Assembly: GCA_963662715.1 (NCBI GenBank)
Contig: OY759724.1
Span: forward strand, 2,458,662 to 2,522,661
DNA: 64,000 nucleotides
Reading direction: 5' to 3'
Source of the DNA: Candidatus Omnitrophota bacterium
GTDB taxonomy: Bacteria; Omnitrophota; Gorgyraeia; Zapsychrales; JANLHA01
Shown here: piece after piece, positions 30,629 to 40,945 of the stretch
Position numbering within the stretch: the first letter of the stretch is position 1
How the letters are laid out: the number at the start of each line of letters is the position of its first letter
Program-made: the position numbers and the translations under genes
Notes under the pieces: model-generated
Databases searched by the model: none
Seen by the model: only the letters and a program-made list of their open reading frames with translations
What the model was told of the DNA's origin: nothing

Positions 30629-31918
30629 ATGAGTAGCTCGCAATCCGTAGTAATTTACCGAAACATTCCGGTTATTACTTTATTTACATTTATCTTTCTG
30701 GGGGGCCACCCTGCTGGGGTCCAGGCCGAATCTGTGGATCCTGCTGCCAAACAGGCTCTGATCGAGCAAGAATTAAACTGCATTTCTGACGCTAAAAAAT
30801 CCAGCAAAAATTTTGACTGGCAGGATGTCTGCTATGTTGGGGACGCTAAGAAATCTTCTGACCGGCGTTTAACAGAAGAGGATGTTGATTATTCCGGCCG
30901 TGTTGATGAAGAGGAATATCCGCTGCTTCAAAACAGGACAAGCACTAAGGAAAATGAGTTTGTGCTTTTCGGCCTGATTGAAAAGAATGCGGATTACGGT
31001 CCGGACTCTTATAAGGGGCGGTACAGTCTTCTGCCTAACGAAAATTCCAAATTTTTCTCCGGCGGCAGCCTGAATGCGAATTACGGCCTCCGGCAGGATG
31101 ACTTGGTGTGGAATATCGGCTTGGAAGGCGGCCCGAACATCCTTTCCGAACTGACCTGGGATGATGTCGAAAGCCTTCAGATGAAAGGCCGGGGGGATTT
31201 GATTTTTTATGATCATTTTATCCTGGACGGAATGTTTGCCTATGGCGATGTGTATGACGGCACGAACCAGGACTCTGATTATCTGGGGGATTTTCGCACT
31301 TATGAGTTCTCCCGTTCCAGAAATGACAGCAACGGGGACGATGTCCTGGATTATTCTATCGGCGCAGGCTACCGCCTTTATTTTGATCTTCCGCCCAAAG
31401 ACTTTTTCTTTAAGAAGGTTCAGTTGACTTTCCTGGGCGGGTATTCGTATCATGAACAAAACTTTAAAATGACGAATGGATATCAGGTCATTCCGGCAAC
31501 AGGGTCTTTCTCCGGGTTGAACAGCACGTATCAGACCGAATGGGACAGCACCTGGCTGGGTGTGGATTTGAAGACCATCCGGGAAGATTTTACGGCCTTT
31601 TTGCGGTTTGAGTATCATTGGGCGGATTATTACGGGTATGGGAACTGGAATTTAAGAACAGACTTTGCCCACCCGAAGAGTTTTGAGCATTTTGCCGACG
31701 CCTACGGCCGTGTATTGAGCTTGGGCGGCAGCTATGCTATTCACGAGAATCTAGCCTTAAATTTGACGTTTGAATTTCAGGATTGGAGTACGGAGGCGGG
31801 TATTGACCGGACGAATTTTGCGGACGGGACGACCAGCGATGTTATTTTTAATACAGCGGACTGGGAATCATTCGCAACTATGATTGGGATAACCTATTAT
31901 TTCCCGAATAGGAAGTAA
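30629..31918 (+). CDS. secreted putative outer-membrane beta-barrel protein (paralog 1)
   Basis: Signal peptide. N-terminal motif ELNCISDAKK...W.DVCY. C-terminal half has alternating aromatic beta-strand patterning and ends ...ITYYFPNRK. Confidence 0.45.
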   Translation: MSSSQSVVIYRNIPVITLFTFIFLGGHPAGVQAESVDPAAKQALIEQELNCISDAKKSSKNFDWQDVCYVGDAKKSSDRRLTEEDVDYSGRVDEEEYPLLQNRTSTKENEFVLFGLIEKNADYGPDSYKGRYSLLPNENSKFFSGGSLNANYGLRQDDLVWNIGLEGGPNILSELTWDDVESLQMKGRGDLIFYDHFILDGMFAYGDVYDGTNQDSDYLGDFRTYEFSRSRNDSNGDDVLDYSIGAGYRLYFDLPPKDFFFKKVQLTFLGGYSYHEQNFKMTNGYQVIPATGSFSGLNSTYQTEWDSTWLGVDLKTIREDFTAFLRFEYHWADYYGYGNWNLRTDFAHPKSFEHFADAYGRVLSLGGSYAIHENLALNLTFEFQDWSTEAGIDRTNFADGTTSDVIFNTADWESFATMIGITYYFPNRK

Positions 31919-31988
31919 GCCTCACCTCAAGGTGTGGTGTATAGAAAGAAGCCGTTTCATCAATTCTGTGGACAAGGATGAGTTGATT

Positions 31989-33272
31989 ATGAAGAGTGTA
32001 TTTCGAAAAATATTTGTTTTTTCCTTTTTGAATCTTATCTTAATCGGGTTAACCTCTCCGGCTGTTTATGCCGAAAGCCGGCAGGCCGTCCGGGATAAAA
32101 TGATTGATAAAGAGCTTTCCTGTATTTCGCAGGCCAAGAACCAGGGGCGCTTTACCTGGAGCGATGTCTGTTATCTGGATAATCAATCTGAGGAAAAGAC
32201 CCGGAAAAGCGTTAATGTCATTATGGATGAGAACGGCTTGGTGACCGTGGGCAAAGAAGTTCAGCCGGATGTCGAGGAACAGGGGTCTTCGGAGGCAGAT
32301 GTCCCGAAAGAGGAACCGAAATCCGGGAAAAAGAAGAAAGGAAAGCCAAAGCCGGAGGTTGCCCAGGATTTGGAAGAAGAGACATTTGCTTATGAAGGAT
32401 TAGGCCTGGATTCCGATGCTTCTGTCGGGGAAAGATCTTATTACGGACGTGACGGCAAAAAACTCAATTTTGAGTTCGGATCGGAAAATCTCTATTATAA
32501 GTTTAAATCAGATGACAATATCATAAAGAGAACAGGATCATTATTCGGTGTTTTTGGGACGTTGACATACCGGTTCGGTCCGCAAGAAGATTTGGCCAAA
32601 GATAACAGCATCACAATGCTGAAACTGGACGGGCATCTGGCGCAGGATGTGGATGTCTTCATGTTCGACGGCCGGGGGCTGGCCGGTTATGACCTGTTGT
32701 TCAGAACCAAGGCCCGTCTGACTCCGTATATTGGTATAGGCTTCCGTTATTGGCGGGATAAGGATGGCGGGATGACCAAGGTGATCGATGATATTTATAG
32801 CCGCTGGTTTTATACAGACGGGGCGACATACGTTAAGGAAGAATTTAAGTATATTTATCTCCCGATCGGTTTCGAGTTCCACCAGCCGTTGGCTCATAAA
32901 TGGGCTGTTCAGTTGACGTGTGAGTATGACATTTTTCTGCAGGGCCGGGTGACAAGACATTATTCTGAGCTTGGACCATTAATTATCAGCGCTACGGACG
33001 GGTCCGGGCATATCCCGAATGACATGGAGTTTACTCAGGATAAAGGATACGGCTGGAGAATCGCGGTTAAATTTTTGAGAGCGGCTGAAAAAGTGGATCT
33101 TTATTTTGAACCGTTTATCCGTTTCTGGAGAACAGAAGATTCTGATATTGAGCAATTTAAGACCGATAACGAGACGAGTTGGTATTATGCCGCAACGGGT
33201 GAGCCGGTTATTGATTGGATAAGCGGTAATAAAATCACCGAGTACGGCTTCAAAGCCGGTGTCCTTTTTTAA
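31989..33272 (+). CDS. secreted putative outer-membrane beta-barrel protein (paralog 2, with a Lys/Glu-rich insert)
   Basis: Signal peptide MKSVFRKIFVFSFLNLILIGLTSPAVYA. Shares the N-terminal ELSCISQAK...W.DVCY motif with the upstream gene. Confidence 0.45.
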   Translation: MKSVFRKIFVFSFLNLILIGLTSPAVYAESRQAVRDKMIDKELSCISQAKNQGRFTWSDVCYLDNQSEEKTRKSVNVIMDENGLVTVGKEVQPDVEEQGSSEADVPKEEPKSGKKKKGKPKPEVAQDLEEETFAYEGLGLDSDASVGERSYYGRDGKKLNFEFGSENLYYKFKSDDNIIKRTGSLFGVFGTLTYRFGPQEDLAKDNSITMLKLDGHLAQDVDVFMFDGRGLAGYDLLFRTKARLTPYIGIGFRYWRDKDGGMTKVIDDIYSRWFYTDGATYVKEEFKYIYLPIGFEFHQPLAHKWAVQLTCEYDIFLQGRVTRHYSELGPLIISATDGSGHIPNDMEFTQDKGYGWRIAVKFLRAAEKVDLYFEPFIRFWRTEDSDIEQFKTDNETSWYYAATGEPVIDWISGNKITEYGFKAGVLF

Positions 33273-33314
33273 GATGTAAGAAACCCGTATATTCCTTATC
33301 TCGTCATGCTATAA

Positions 33315-33350
33315 GAACCCCGTTGCCGCCTGCAGCGGGGTTCTTTATAT
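33315..33350 (+). terminator. candidate rho-independent terminator
   Basis: GAACCCCG...CGGGGTTC 8-bp stem followed by TTTATAT. Confidence 0.4.
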
Positions 33351-33662
33351 AAGAAGGGGCTGAATCCAGCTGCACGCTTCATGGCCGTGGCGTTTGTGTT
33401 TTAACGGCGAAAATTTTTAAAAAATCCTGTCGTATAACAGGCTGATAATTTATAATAAAACACCCATTAAGAATTTTTTCCGGCAGCATGTGCCGGCGGT
33501 TGTAAAAGTTAAATGTTCTTGTTGAAATAATCATGTTGTAACAAGTTTTTGTGAGCTTATGTTGAGACAAGATTTATCTTCTTTCATACCATCTCCTCAG
33601 ACGGAAAGCCTTTCCGTTCATCGATATCATTCTTTAATCCTTTTAAATAATTTTAAAGCCCT

Positions 33663-35876
33663 ATGATAGATCAATACGTAGATAAAATCTCTAAGGAATT
33701 AAATATTATCCCGAAAAAAGTCGGGGCAACCATTGATTTGCTGGACGGAGGATCGACCGTCCCGTTCATTGCCCGTTACCGGAAAGAGGTTACCGGCAGC
33801 CTGGACGAAGCGCAGATTAAGAATATCCGGGACCGGCTGCATCAGTTGAGGGAACTGGATAAAAGGCGCGCGGCTATTTTGGCTTCTCTCGAGGAGCGGG
33901 ATAAACTGACCGATGAACTCAAGGCCAAGATTCTCGCCGCTGAAACACTAGCGGTTTTGGAAGATATTTACCTCCCTTACCGGCCGAAACGCCGCACCAG
34001 GGCCACGGTCGCCAAAGAAAAAGGCCTGGAGCCGCTGGCGGAAATTATTTTCAAACAGGAGATCAAGGAGATTGAAAGAGAGGCGGCCAAGTATATCAAT
34101 GAGGAAATGAAAGTGACGTCCGCAGAGGATGCTCTGGCCGGGGCCAGGGATATCATCGCGGAATGGATCAATGAAGACGGCGATGCCCGGGCCAAGATGC
34201 GGGAGCTTTATTTTGAGAAAGGGGAATTCCGTTCAAGAGTGATTAAGAAAAGAGAGAGCGAGGCCTCGAATTACAAGGATTACTTTGACTGGCAGGAGCC
34301 GGTGAAAACCTGCCCGTCGCACCGGGTTCTCGCTGTCCGGAGGGCCGAGAAAGAACAGTTTGTCACCCTGAGGATTGTGGTTCCGGAAGAGGAAGCGGTT
34401 CATATCCTTGTCCATCAATTCATTAAAGGGGACGGGCCGGCCTCCGAGCAGGTGCGGTTGGCCATTCAGGACGGATTCAAGCGCTTATTGTCGCTCTCCA
34501 TGGAGACGGAAGTCCGCGTTGAGACGAAAGAACGGGCGGATAAAGATGCCATCACGGTTTTTGCGGACAATCTGCGTCAGCTGCTGATGGACCCTCCGTT
34601 AGGGCACCGCAATGTCATGGCCGTCGATCCGGCTTACAGAACAGGCTGCAAGATCGCCTGCCTTAACCATGAAGGAAGACTGGTGCAGAAAGAAACGATC
34701 TTTCCTTTAGGCAGCGAACTGCAGCAGCAGGAAAGCGTGACAACTATTAAAGATTTATGCGATATGCATCATATTGAATTTATCGCCATAGGAAACGGGA
34801 CCGCCTGCCGTGAAACCGAGGATTTTATCCGCAGTCTCGATTTGCCCGATGATATTCAGATCCTTATCGTCTCCGAAGCGGGTGCGTCCATCTATTCGGC
34901 TTCGGACCTGGCCAGAAAAGAATTCCCTGACCTGGACGTTACGATCCGCGGCGCGATTTCCATCGGGCGCCGTCTCATGGACCCTTTGGCGGAGCTTGTG
35001 AAGATTGACCCGAAAAGTATCGGTGTCGGACAATATCAGCATGACGTCGATCAGACCATGCTGAAACAGAGCCTCGATGACGTTGTTATCAGCTGCGTGA
35101 ACCAGGTGGGGGTCGAGCTGAACAGCGCCAGTAAACAGTTATTAACCTACGTCTCGGGCTTGGGGCCGGTGCGCGCCAAAGCGATTATTGAATACCGGGA
35201 GAAACACGGCCTTTTTAAAAGCCGGGAACAGTTATACGAAGTGCCGCGGCTCGGCCCGAAAGCTATAGAGCAGGCGGCGGGATTTTTAAGGATACGGGAC
35301 GGGATCAATCCTCTGGACTCCAGCGCCGTTCATCCGGAAAGTTATTCTGTCGTTGATGCCATGGCCCGTGATCTGGGCGTCCGTGTGCAGGAAATTATGC
35401 GCAGCGAGGAACTCCGGCAGCGTATTCAGCTGGAGAAATATGTCTCGGATATCATCGGGATGCCGACTTTGGAAGATATTTATGAAGAATTGGCGAAGCC
35501 GGGACGGGACCCGCGCAGGCAGTTTGAAATCATCCGGTTTAAGGAAGGGGTGCAGAAACCGGAGGATTTGACCCCGGGCATGAAGCTCCCCGGGGTGGTG
35601 ACGAACATAACGCATTTCGGCGTGTTCGTCGATATCGGCGTGCATTTAGACGGTCTCGTGCACGTCAGCCAGCTGTCGGATAAATATATCAAGGACCCGC
35701 GCGATTTTGTGACGCTTCATCAGCATGTCGAGGTGACCGTTATGCAGGTTGATCTGGACCGGAAACGGATCGCTTTGACCATGAAAGCCAACCCCGACAT
35801 CTATTTCGGCCAGCCGAAGAAGAAAGCTGAGAAAGCCAAGGACAAAACAAAAGCCAAGGCTAAAGCGGGAAAATAA
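33663..35876 (+). CDS. tex: transcription accessory protein Tex (YqgF/RuvC-like, HhH and S1 domains)
   Basis: N-terminal MIDQYVDKISKELNI...VPFIARYRKEVTG. C-terminal S1 domain. Lys-rich tail. 737 aa. Confidence 0.9.
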   Translation: MIDQYVDKISKELNIIPKKVGATIDLLDGGSTVPFIARYRKEVTGSLDEAQIKNIRDRLHQLRELDKRRAAILASLEERDKLTDELKAKILAAETLAVLEDIYLPYRPKRRTRATVAKEKGLEPLAEIIFKQEIKEIEREAAKYINEEMKVTSAEDALAGARDIIAEWINEDGDARAKMRELYFEKGEFRSRVIKKRESEASNYKDYFDWQEPVKTCPSHRVLAVRRAEKEQFVTLRIVVPEEEAVHILVHQFIKGDGPASEQVRLAIQDGFKRLLSLSMETEVRVETKERADKDAITVFADNLRQLLMDPPLGHRNVMAVDPAYRTGCKIACLNHEGRLVQKETIFPLGSELQQQESVTTIKDLCDMHHIEFIAIGNGTACRETEDFIRSLDLPDDIQILIVSEAGASIYSASDLARKEFPDLDVTIRGAISIGRRLMDPLAELVKIDPKSIGVGQYQHDVDQTMLKQSLDDVVISCVNQVGVELNSASKQLLTYVSGLGPVRAKAIIEYREKHGLFKSREQLYEVPRLGPKAIEQAAGFLRIRDGINPLDSSAVHPESYSVVDAMARDLGVRVQEIMRSEELRQRIQLEKYVSDIIGMPTLEDIYEELAKPGRDPRRQFEIIRFKEGVQKPEDLTPGMKLPGVVTNITHFGVFVDIGVHLDGLVHVSQLSDKYIKDPRDFVTLHQHVEVTVMQVDLDRKRIALTMKANPDIYFGQPKKKAEKAKDKTKAKAKAGK

Positions 35877-35896
35877 ATCAACCCCTTTGTCAAACA

Positions 35897-35935
35897 GGCC
35901 GGCCGAGAGGGAGGACTTTCGGCCGGCTTTAATTT
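35897..35935 (+). terminator. rho-independent terminator after tex
   Basis: GCCGGCCGA...TCGGCCGGC stem followed by a TTTAATTTTT run. Confidence 0.55.
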
Positions 35936-36024
35936 TTGCGAAGCCGTTTTAGTGTTATATTTCATTGACAACCTCCCGAATCATCATTAGCATAATGGCA
36001 GTGATATTGATGTGAATCATTGCC

Positions 36025-37044
36025 ATGAAAAGAAAATCTCTTATATTCCGTTTTTTTATCTTTACGGTTCTGCTCTGCGGACTCCTTGGCCTGACCCTGC
36101 CGCTTTTTGCCCAGAGTATCGCCATCTCCCAGCCTTTTTCTTCTGCGTCATCCGCGCCCATTGTGAACAAAGACGCGGCCCGCGCCAGTTCGATCTTTTC
36201 CGCAAGACTGCTGCAGTTAAAAGTGATCGAAACACTGTTGTTGATCATGATCGCTTATGTGATCCTTATCTCTCTCGTCGGTATTATTAATAAGCGGATC
36301 CGGGATATCCGCGCCCGGCACATCGCCCGCAAGAACACGATTTACATTATCCATTTTTTGCTTCTTATCAGCATCGTTATTATCTGGCTGCAGAATATCA
36401 ACTACATTACGATCATTCTGGGGTTTGCCAGTGCGGGGATTGCCTTGGCCCTGCAGGAAGTGATTCTTTGTGTGGCTGGCTGGGTTTTCATTATCAGCCG
36501 TCGGCCTTTCGAGACAGGGGACCGGGTGGAAATCAACGGCATCCGCGGGGACGTCATTGATATCCGCATCATGCAGACATCTTTATTAGAGGTCGGCAAC
36601 TGGGTGGAGGCTGATCAAAGCACCGGCCGGATCGTGAACATTCCCAACAGCAGCGTTTTTAAGACGGCGAATTTCAACTATAACCGCGGTTTCGAATTTA
36701 TATGGAACGAAATTCCGATCCTGGTGACTTTTGAAAGCGATTGGAAACGGGCCCGGGATATTATGATGACCCATGCCAAGAAACTGGTTGAAGGGTCTAC
36801 AAACGAAGTGCAGCGCAAGATTGAAATCATGAAGAACCGGTACATGATCTATTACGGGAAACTGACGCCGATTGTTTATGTGACCATCCAGGACAGCGGA
36901 GTCCTTTTGACGTTGCGTTACCTCACCGAAGCCAAGAGACGCCGGTCGACTCAAGATCAATTGAGCCAGGCTATTTTGGAGGATTTTGCCCTGGATCCCA
37001 GTGTGAATTTTGCCTATCCGACATACCGGATTGTTAAGACATAA
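36025..37044 (+). CDS. MscS-family mechanosensitive channel
   Basis: TM helices, then the conserved beta-domain (GDRVEINGIRGDVIDIRIMQTSL...IVNIPNS). Confidence 0.8.
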   Translation: MKRKSLIFRFFIFTVLLCGLLGLTLPLFAQSIAISQPFSSASSAPIVNKDAARASSIFSARLLQLKVIETLLLIMIAYVILISLVGIINKRIRDIRARHIARKNTIYIIHFLLLISIVIIWLQNINYITIILGFASAGIALALQEVILCVAGWVFIISRRPFETGDRVEINGIRGDVIDIRIMQTSLLEVGNWVEADQSTGRIVNIPNSSVFKTANFNYNRGFEFIWNEIPILVTFESDWKRARDIMMTHAKKLVEGSTNEVQRKIEIMKNRYMIYYGKLTPIVYVTIQDSGVLLTLRYLTEAKRRRSTQDQLSQAILEDFALDPSVNFAYPTYRIVKT

Positions 37045-37106
37045 AGATTGTTTTTAAAGTCCTGGATATCCTCTCCCGTGACCTTGTTGTAAGGTGAATA
37101 AAAGCG

Positions 37107-38024
37107 ATGTTTTTAAAACCCAAGATAGCCATATCCGGATCGACCGGTCTGATCGGCAGTGCCGTGACCGAACATCTCAGTACGAAGCCGTATCAGCTTA
37201 TCCGGCTTATCAGACCTTCGACGAGAATCCAAATCAAAGGGGAGAACATCCTTGTCTGGGACCCGGAAAAAGAAGCGGTGGATCCTTCCCGGCTGGAGAA
37301 TCTGTTTGCTTTTATTCATCTCACCGGGGAAAACATTTCCCGGAGCCGCTGGACAGCCGAGGTTAAGCAGAGAATCCGGGCCAGCCGGGTGCGTTCGACC
37401 CGTTTCCTGGTTGACACTTTGCTGAAACTTGATTCTCCTCCGGAGGTGGTGTTAAGCGCTTCAGCCATCGGTTATTACAGCGGGTCTCAGTTCGGAAAAA
37501 TCGATGAGACCACGGCCAAAGGTTCGGGATTCCTTTCTGATGTCTGTTTCGAATGGGAACAGGCGCTGCAGCCCTTGACGGAACGGGGTGTCCGGGTGAT
37601 CATCATGCGTTTTGGGGTTGTTTTAAGCGGCCAGGGAGGCGCCCTTGCAAAAATGCTGCCGATTTTTCGATTAGGCCTGGGCGGGCCGTTGGGCAAAGGA
37701 GAGCAGATGATGAGCTGGATCACCCGGGAGGAAATCCCGTTTATCGTCGAACATTTCCTTCGGCAGCCGCAGTGCCGCGGGCCCTTTAATATTGTGGCCC
37801 CGCAGCCGGTCAGCAACATGCTGATGACACGGACACTTTCCCGGATCTTGAGCCGGCCGGCCGTTCTTCCCATCCCGCTTTTTCTTATAAAAAAGACATT
37901 CGGAGAAATGGGCGAAGAATTATTGTTGAACAACCTGGAAGTTTATCCCAAACGCCTCGTGGAAAGCGGGTATACGTACCGGTTCCCCGACCTCAGCTCC
38001 GCCTTAAAGGCTGCTTTGAAATAA
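37107..38024 (+). CDS. YfcH-like NAD-dependent epimerase (SDR family, TIGR01777/DUF1731 type)
   Basis: N-terminal AISGSTGLIGSAV Rossmann motif. About 300 aa. C-terminal DUF1731-like region. Confidence 0.7.
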   Translation: MFLKPKIAISGSTGLIGSAVTEHLSTKPYQLIRLIRPSTRIQIKGENILVWDPEKEAVDPSRLENLFAFIHLTGENISRSRWTAEVKQRIRASRVRSTRFLVDTLLKLDSPPEVVLSASAIGYYSGSQFGKIDETTAKGSGFLSDVCFEWEQALQPLTERGVRVIIMRFGVVLSGQGGALAKMLPIFRLGLGGPLGKGEQMMSWITREEIPFIVEHFLRQPQCRGPFNIVAPQPVSNMLMTRTLSRILSRPAVLPIPLFLIKKTFGEMGEELLLNNLEVYPKRLVESGYTYRFPDLSSALKAALK

Positions 38025-38195
38025 AGAACGCCCGGGCAGATGCCCGCCGGGATTTAGACGGAAATGATTTCCGATTTCAGGGTTTTATGCTAAAATATGT
38101 CATCCTGACGGAAGCCTTCCTCCTCCCCGAAGAAGGGGGCTCTTAAGATAATAAAATTCATAAAGAATCATGACAGCCGTTATAAAATATATCTC

Positions 38196-39875
38196 ATGTC
38201 TTATCTTGTTTTAGCCAGAAAATACCGCCCGAATACTTTTGACGAAGTTATAGGCCAGGGACATATCACGGAGCTTTTGAAGCAGGCTATTTCTGCCGGC
38301 CGGCTGGCCCATGCCTTTTTATTCTGCGGCCCGCGGGGGATAGGAAAAACCTCCTGCGCCCGGATCCTCGCCAAATCCTTGAACTGTTCAAAAGGCCCGA
38401 CGGCAACCCCCTGCGGGACGTGTCCCGCCTGCACGGAAATTACCTCGGGCAGCAGTTTTGATGTCCTGGAAATAGACGGCGCTTCAAACCGGGGGATTGA
38501 TGAGATCCGCACCCTGCGGGAAAACGTCAAATTTGCCCCCAGCTACGGACAGTTTAAGATATACATCGTTGACGAAGTCCATATGTTGACGACCGAAGCC
38601 TTTAATGCTTTGTTGAAGACCCTGGAAGAACCGCCCGGCCATGTAAAATTTATTTTTGCCACGACAGACCCTAACAAAGTCCCCAGCACCATTATTTCCC
38701 GCTGCCAGCGCTATGATTTTAAACGCATCGCTCTTAAAGAAAGCGTAGAGGCCCTGCAGAAGATCTGCCGGAAAGAGAAGCTGCAGGTTGACCAGCAGGC
38801 TCTTTATGCCATAGCCAAGGCTGCGCAGGGAAGTTTCCGCGACGCTTTAAGTATTTTAGATCAGGTGAGCGCGTTAAGCAGCCGGGGCATTACGGACGAG
38901 GATGTTTATGCCATGCTGGGGCTGGTGGAGGTGGATTTGCTTTTTGAACTGACGGATGCTTTGGCAAAAAAGGATTGTGTCGCGGCTTTAAAGGTTTTTG
39001 ACAGTATTGTGGAGAAGGGGAAAGACATCAAGCAGTTAACCAAGGATTTGGTGGAACATTTCCGTAACCTCATGGTCATCAAAATAGGCGGAAAATCTTT
39101 AGGGAAGCTTGTCGATTATCCGGTCGCTATTAAGGAAAAATATCTGGCGCAGTCCCAAATGTTTTCTTTAAATGAAATTCTGGACGCTATTGACATCTTT
39201 ATCAAGGCTCAGGATATGGCCCGTGTCACGGAAACCTTGCGGACACCGCTGGAAATCGCTTTTGCCAGATTGTCCTGTGAAAATGATTTGCCGCGGGGGC
39301 AGGACATCGTTGTGAACGCTCAAAAGCCGGGCAAGAAAGATTCGGTCAGAAAAACCGTTAAAAAGCATAGCCCTGCTGCTTTGAAAGAAGCTCCGCCGCC
39401 TTCCCGCAGCCCGGAAAAGGACGCAGAAGCTGATTTGATTCCGCCGGCCGTGGAGGAAGATGACGACCCCGAGGACTCTCACGAGCCTCTTGTTCAGGAG
39501 AAAGATATCGCCCCGGTAGCTTTGGACCTGGAAAAGATCAGGCAGTCCTGGGATGCGCTCACGTACGGTGTTTCCCGGAAGAGGATGTCCCTGGCCACAT
39601 ATCTTCAGGAAGGGGCGCCGGTGGATTTAAAAGGAAATAAACTGACGATCGGTTTCGCCCCGGACCATTTATTTCATAAAGAAACACTGGAACAGCAGGA
39701 CAATCGTCAGGTGGTCGAACAGATTTTTAACGAGAAGCTGCGAACAAAGATTATTATCGAGTATGTTATGGTCGACCAGCTGGATAGCGATCATACGGTG
39801 CTGGACGAACCGCTTATTCAGACAGCGTTGGAAAAATTCCAGGGTAAAGTTGTCAGCAAATGGCATAATGATTAG
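38196..39875 (+). CDS. dnaX: DNA polymerase III subunit gamma/tau
   Basis: ARKYRPNTFDEVIGQ, Walker A GPRGIGKTS, a zinc module CxxC...CxxC and the SRC motif. Confidence 0.9.
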   Translation: MSYLVLARKYRPNTFDEVIGQGHITELLKQAISAGRLAHAFLFCGPRGIGKTSCARILAKSLNCSKGPTATPCGTCPACTEITSGSSFDVLEIDGASNRGIDEIRTLRENVKFAPSYGQFKIYIVDEVHMLTTEAFNALLKTLEEPPGHVKFIFATTDPNKVPSTIISRCQRYDFKRIALKESVEALQKICRKEKLQVDQQALYAIAKAAQGSFRDALSILDQVSALSSRGITDEDVYAMLGLVEVDLLFELTDALAKKDCVAALKVFDSIVEKGKDIKQLTKDLVEHFRNLMVIKIGGKSLGKLVDYPVAIKEKYLAQSQMFSLNEILDAIDIFIKAQDMARVTETLRTPLEIAFARLSCENDLPRGQDIVVNAQKPGKKDSVRKTVKKHSPAALKEAPPPSRSPEKDAEADLIPPAVEEDDDPEDSHEPLVQEKDIAPVALDLEKIRQSWDALTYGVSRKRMSLATYLQEGAPVDLKGNKLTIGFAPDHLFHKETLEQQDNRQVVEQIFNEKLRTKIIIEYVMVDQLDSDHTVLDEPLIQTALEKFQGKVVSKWHND

Positions 39876-39908
39876 TGTAAAACAGGATTCCGATTTTTTA
39901 TATAAGAC

Positions 39909-40508
39909 ATGGCGTATCCCCGTTTAGTCGAAAATTTGATTGAACAGTTCAGCAAATTTCCCGGAGTGGGCCGGCGAAGTGCCGAGCGCATGGTTTTCTG
40001 GGTGCTGAACCATTCCCGGGAAGAATCGGCGACCATAGCCGAAGGCATTATGCGGCTGAAAGACGGCCTGCGTTTGTGTGAACAGTGCAACAATTTAAGC
40101 GAGACCGAGGTCTGCCCGGTCTGCCGTGATGAGAGAAGGGACCGGTCGGTGATCTGTGTGGTCGAGGATCATAAACATCTGATTTCGATTGAACGGACCG
40201 GAATTTATAAGGGGCTTTACCATGTGCTGCTCGGGGCCATTTCTCCGGCGGAAGGCCGGGGGCCGGAAGACGTTAACGTGCAGGTTTTAAAGGATAAAGT
40301 TCTTGCGATGAACGTTCAGGAAGTGGTTATCGCCACGGATCCGGATACGGAAGGGGAGATGACCGCTATTCACATTACAAACGAACTGCGTCCCACCGGC
40401 GTGAAAGTGACGAGGATCGGCCTGGGTATCCCTGTGGGGAGTTCGGTCGAATACGCGGACATGTCGACTTTGACCATGTCTCTCACGGCCCGGAGAGAGA
40501 TCCAGTAA
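39909..40508 (+). CDS. recR: recombination protein RecR
   Basis: HhH (PGVGRRSAERMVFW). C4 zinc finger (CEQCNNLSETEVCPVC). Toprim domain. 199 aa. Confidence 0.9.
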   Translation: MAYPRLVENLIEQFSKFPGVGRRSAERMVFWVLNHSREESATIAEGIMRLKDGLRLCEQCNNLSETEVCPVCRDERRDRSVICVVEDHKHLISIERTGIYKGLYHVLLGAISPAEGRGPEDVNVQVLKDKVLAMNVQEVVIATDPDTEGEMTAIHITNELRPTGVKVTRIGLGIPVGSSVEYADMSTLTMSLTARREIQ

Positions 40509-40652
40509 CTCTTCGGAGATATTCTGAACTTGATATTGACTTTTTGCGAAATTCGGATATAATTTGGGATATTTCCCTGCAGGATAAAAGGGATCAAACA
40601 GAAAAGACCAGGGCCGGGCGCCCTGAAAAATAGATTTAAAGTTAAGATTTAT

Positions 40653-40728
40653 TCCCCTGTAGCTCAGCTGGTAGAGCGGTTGGCTGTTAACCAATAGGTC
40701 CGAGGTTCGAGTCCTCGCGGGGGAGCCA
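40653..40728 (+). tRNA. tRNA-Asn (anticodon GTT), CCA encoded
   Basis: TCCCCTG/CGGGGGA acceptor. D-arm AGCTCAGCTGGTAGAGC. Anticodon loop CTGTTAA. T-arm CGAGGTTCGAGTCCTCG. 3' end GCCA. Confidence 0.85.
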
Positions 40729-40945
40729 TTTACTAACTTGCAGCGTACCAAATTAAGTTATTATGCCGCAGTTAGTTACAAAAAGGCCATCCCGATAATT
40801 TTTTTAGAAACAATCGGATGGCCTTTTTTGATTGGGGGAGAATAGCTATAGTGCATCAAATATGCAAAAAAATTGATAATTTCATCCATTACGATACAGA
40901 CACACAATATTCTTGACAACATGTAGCTAATAAGCTACACTCTAA

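Noticed and set aside
39876-39908. Missing ybaB/ebfC between dnaX and recR
   Set aside because: The 33-bp gap cannot hold a gene. Its absence is noted, but ybaB may simply be elsewhere. It is not strong enough for a finding.
40287-40751. 154-aa minus-strand ORF
   Set aside because: It lies antisense to the 3' end of recR and spans the whole tRNA-Asn gene. It is an artefact of GC-rich sequence, not a gene.
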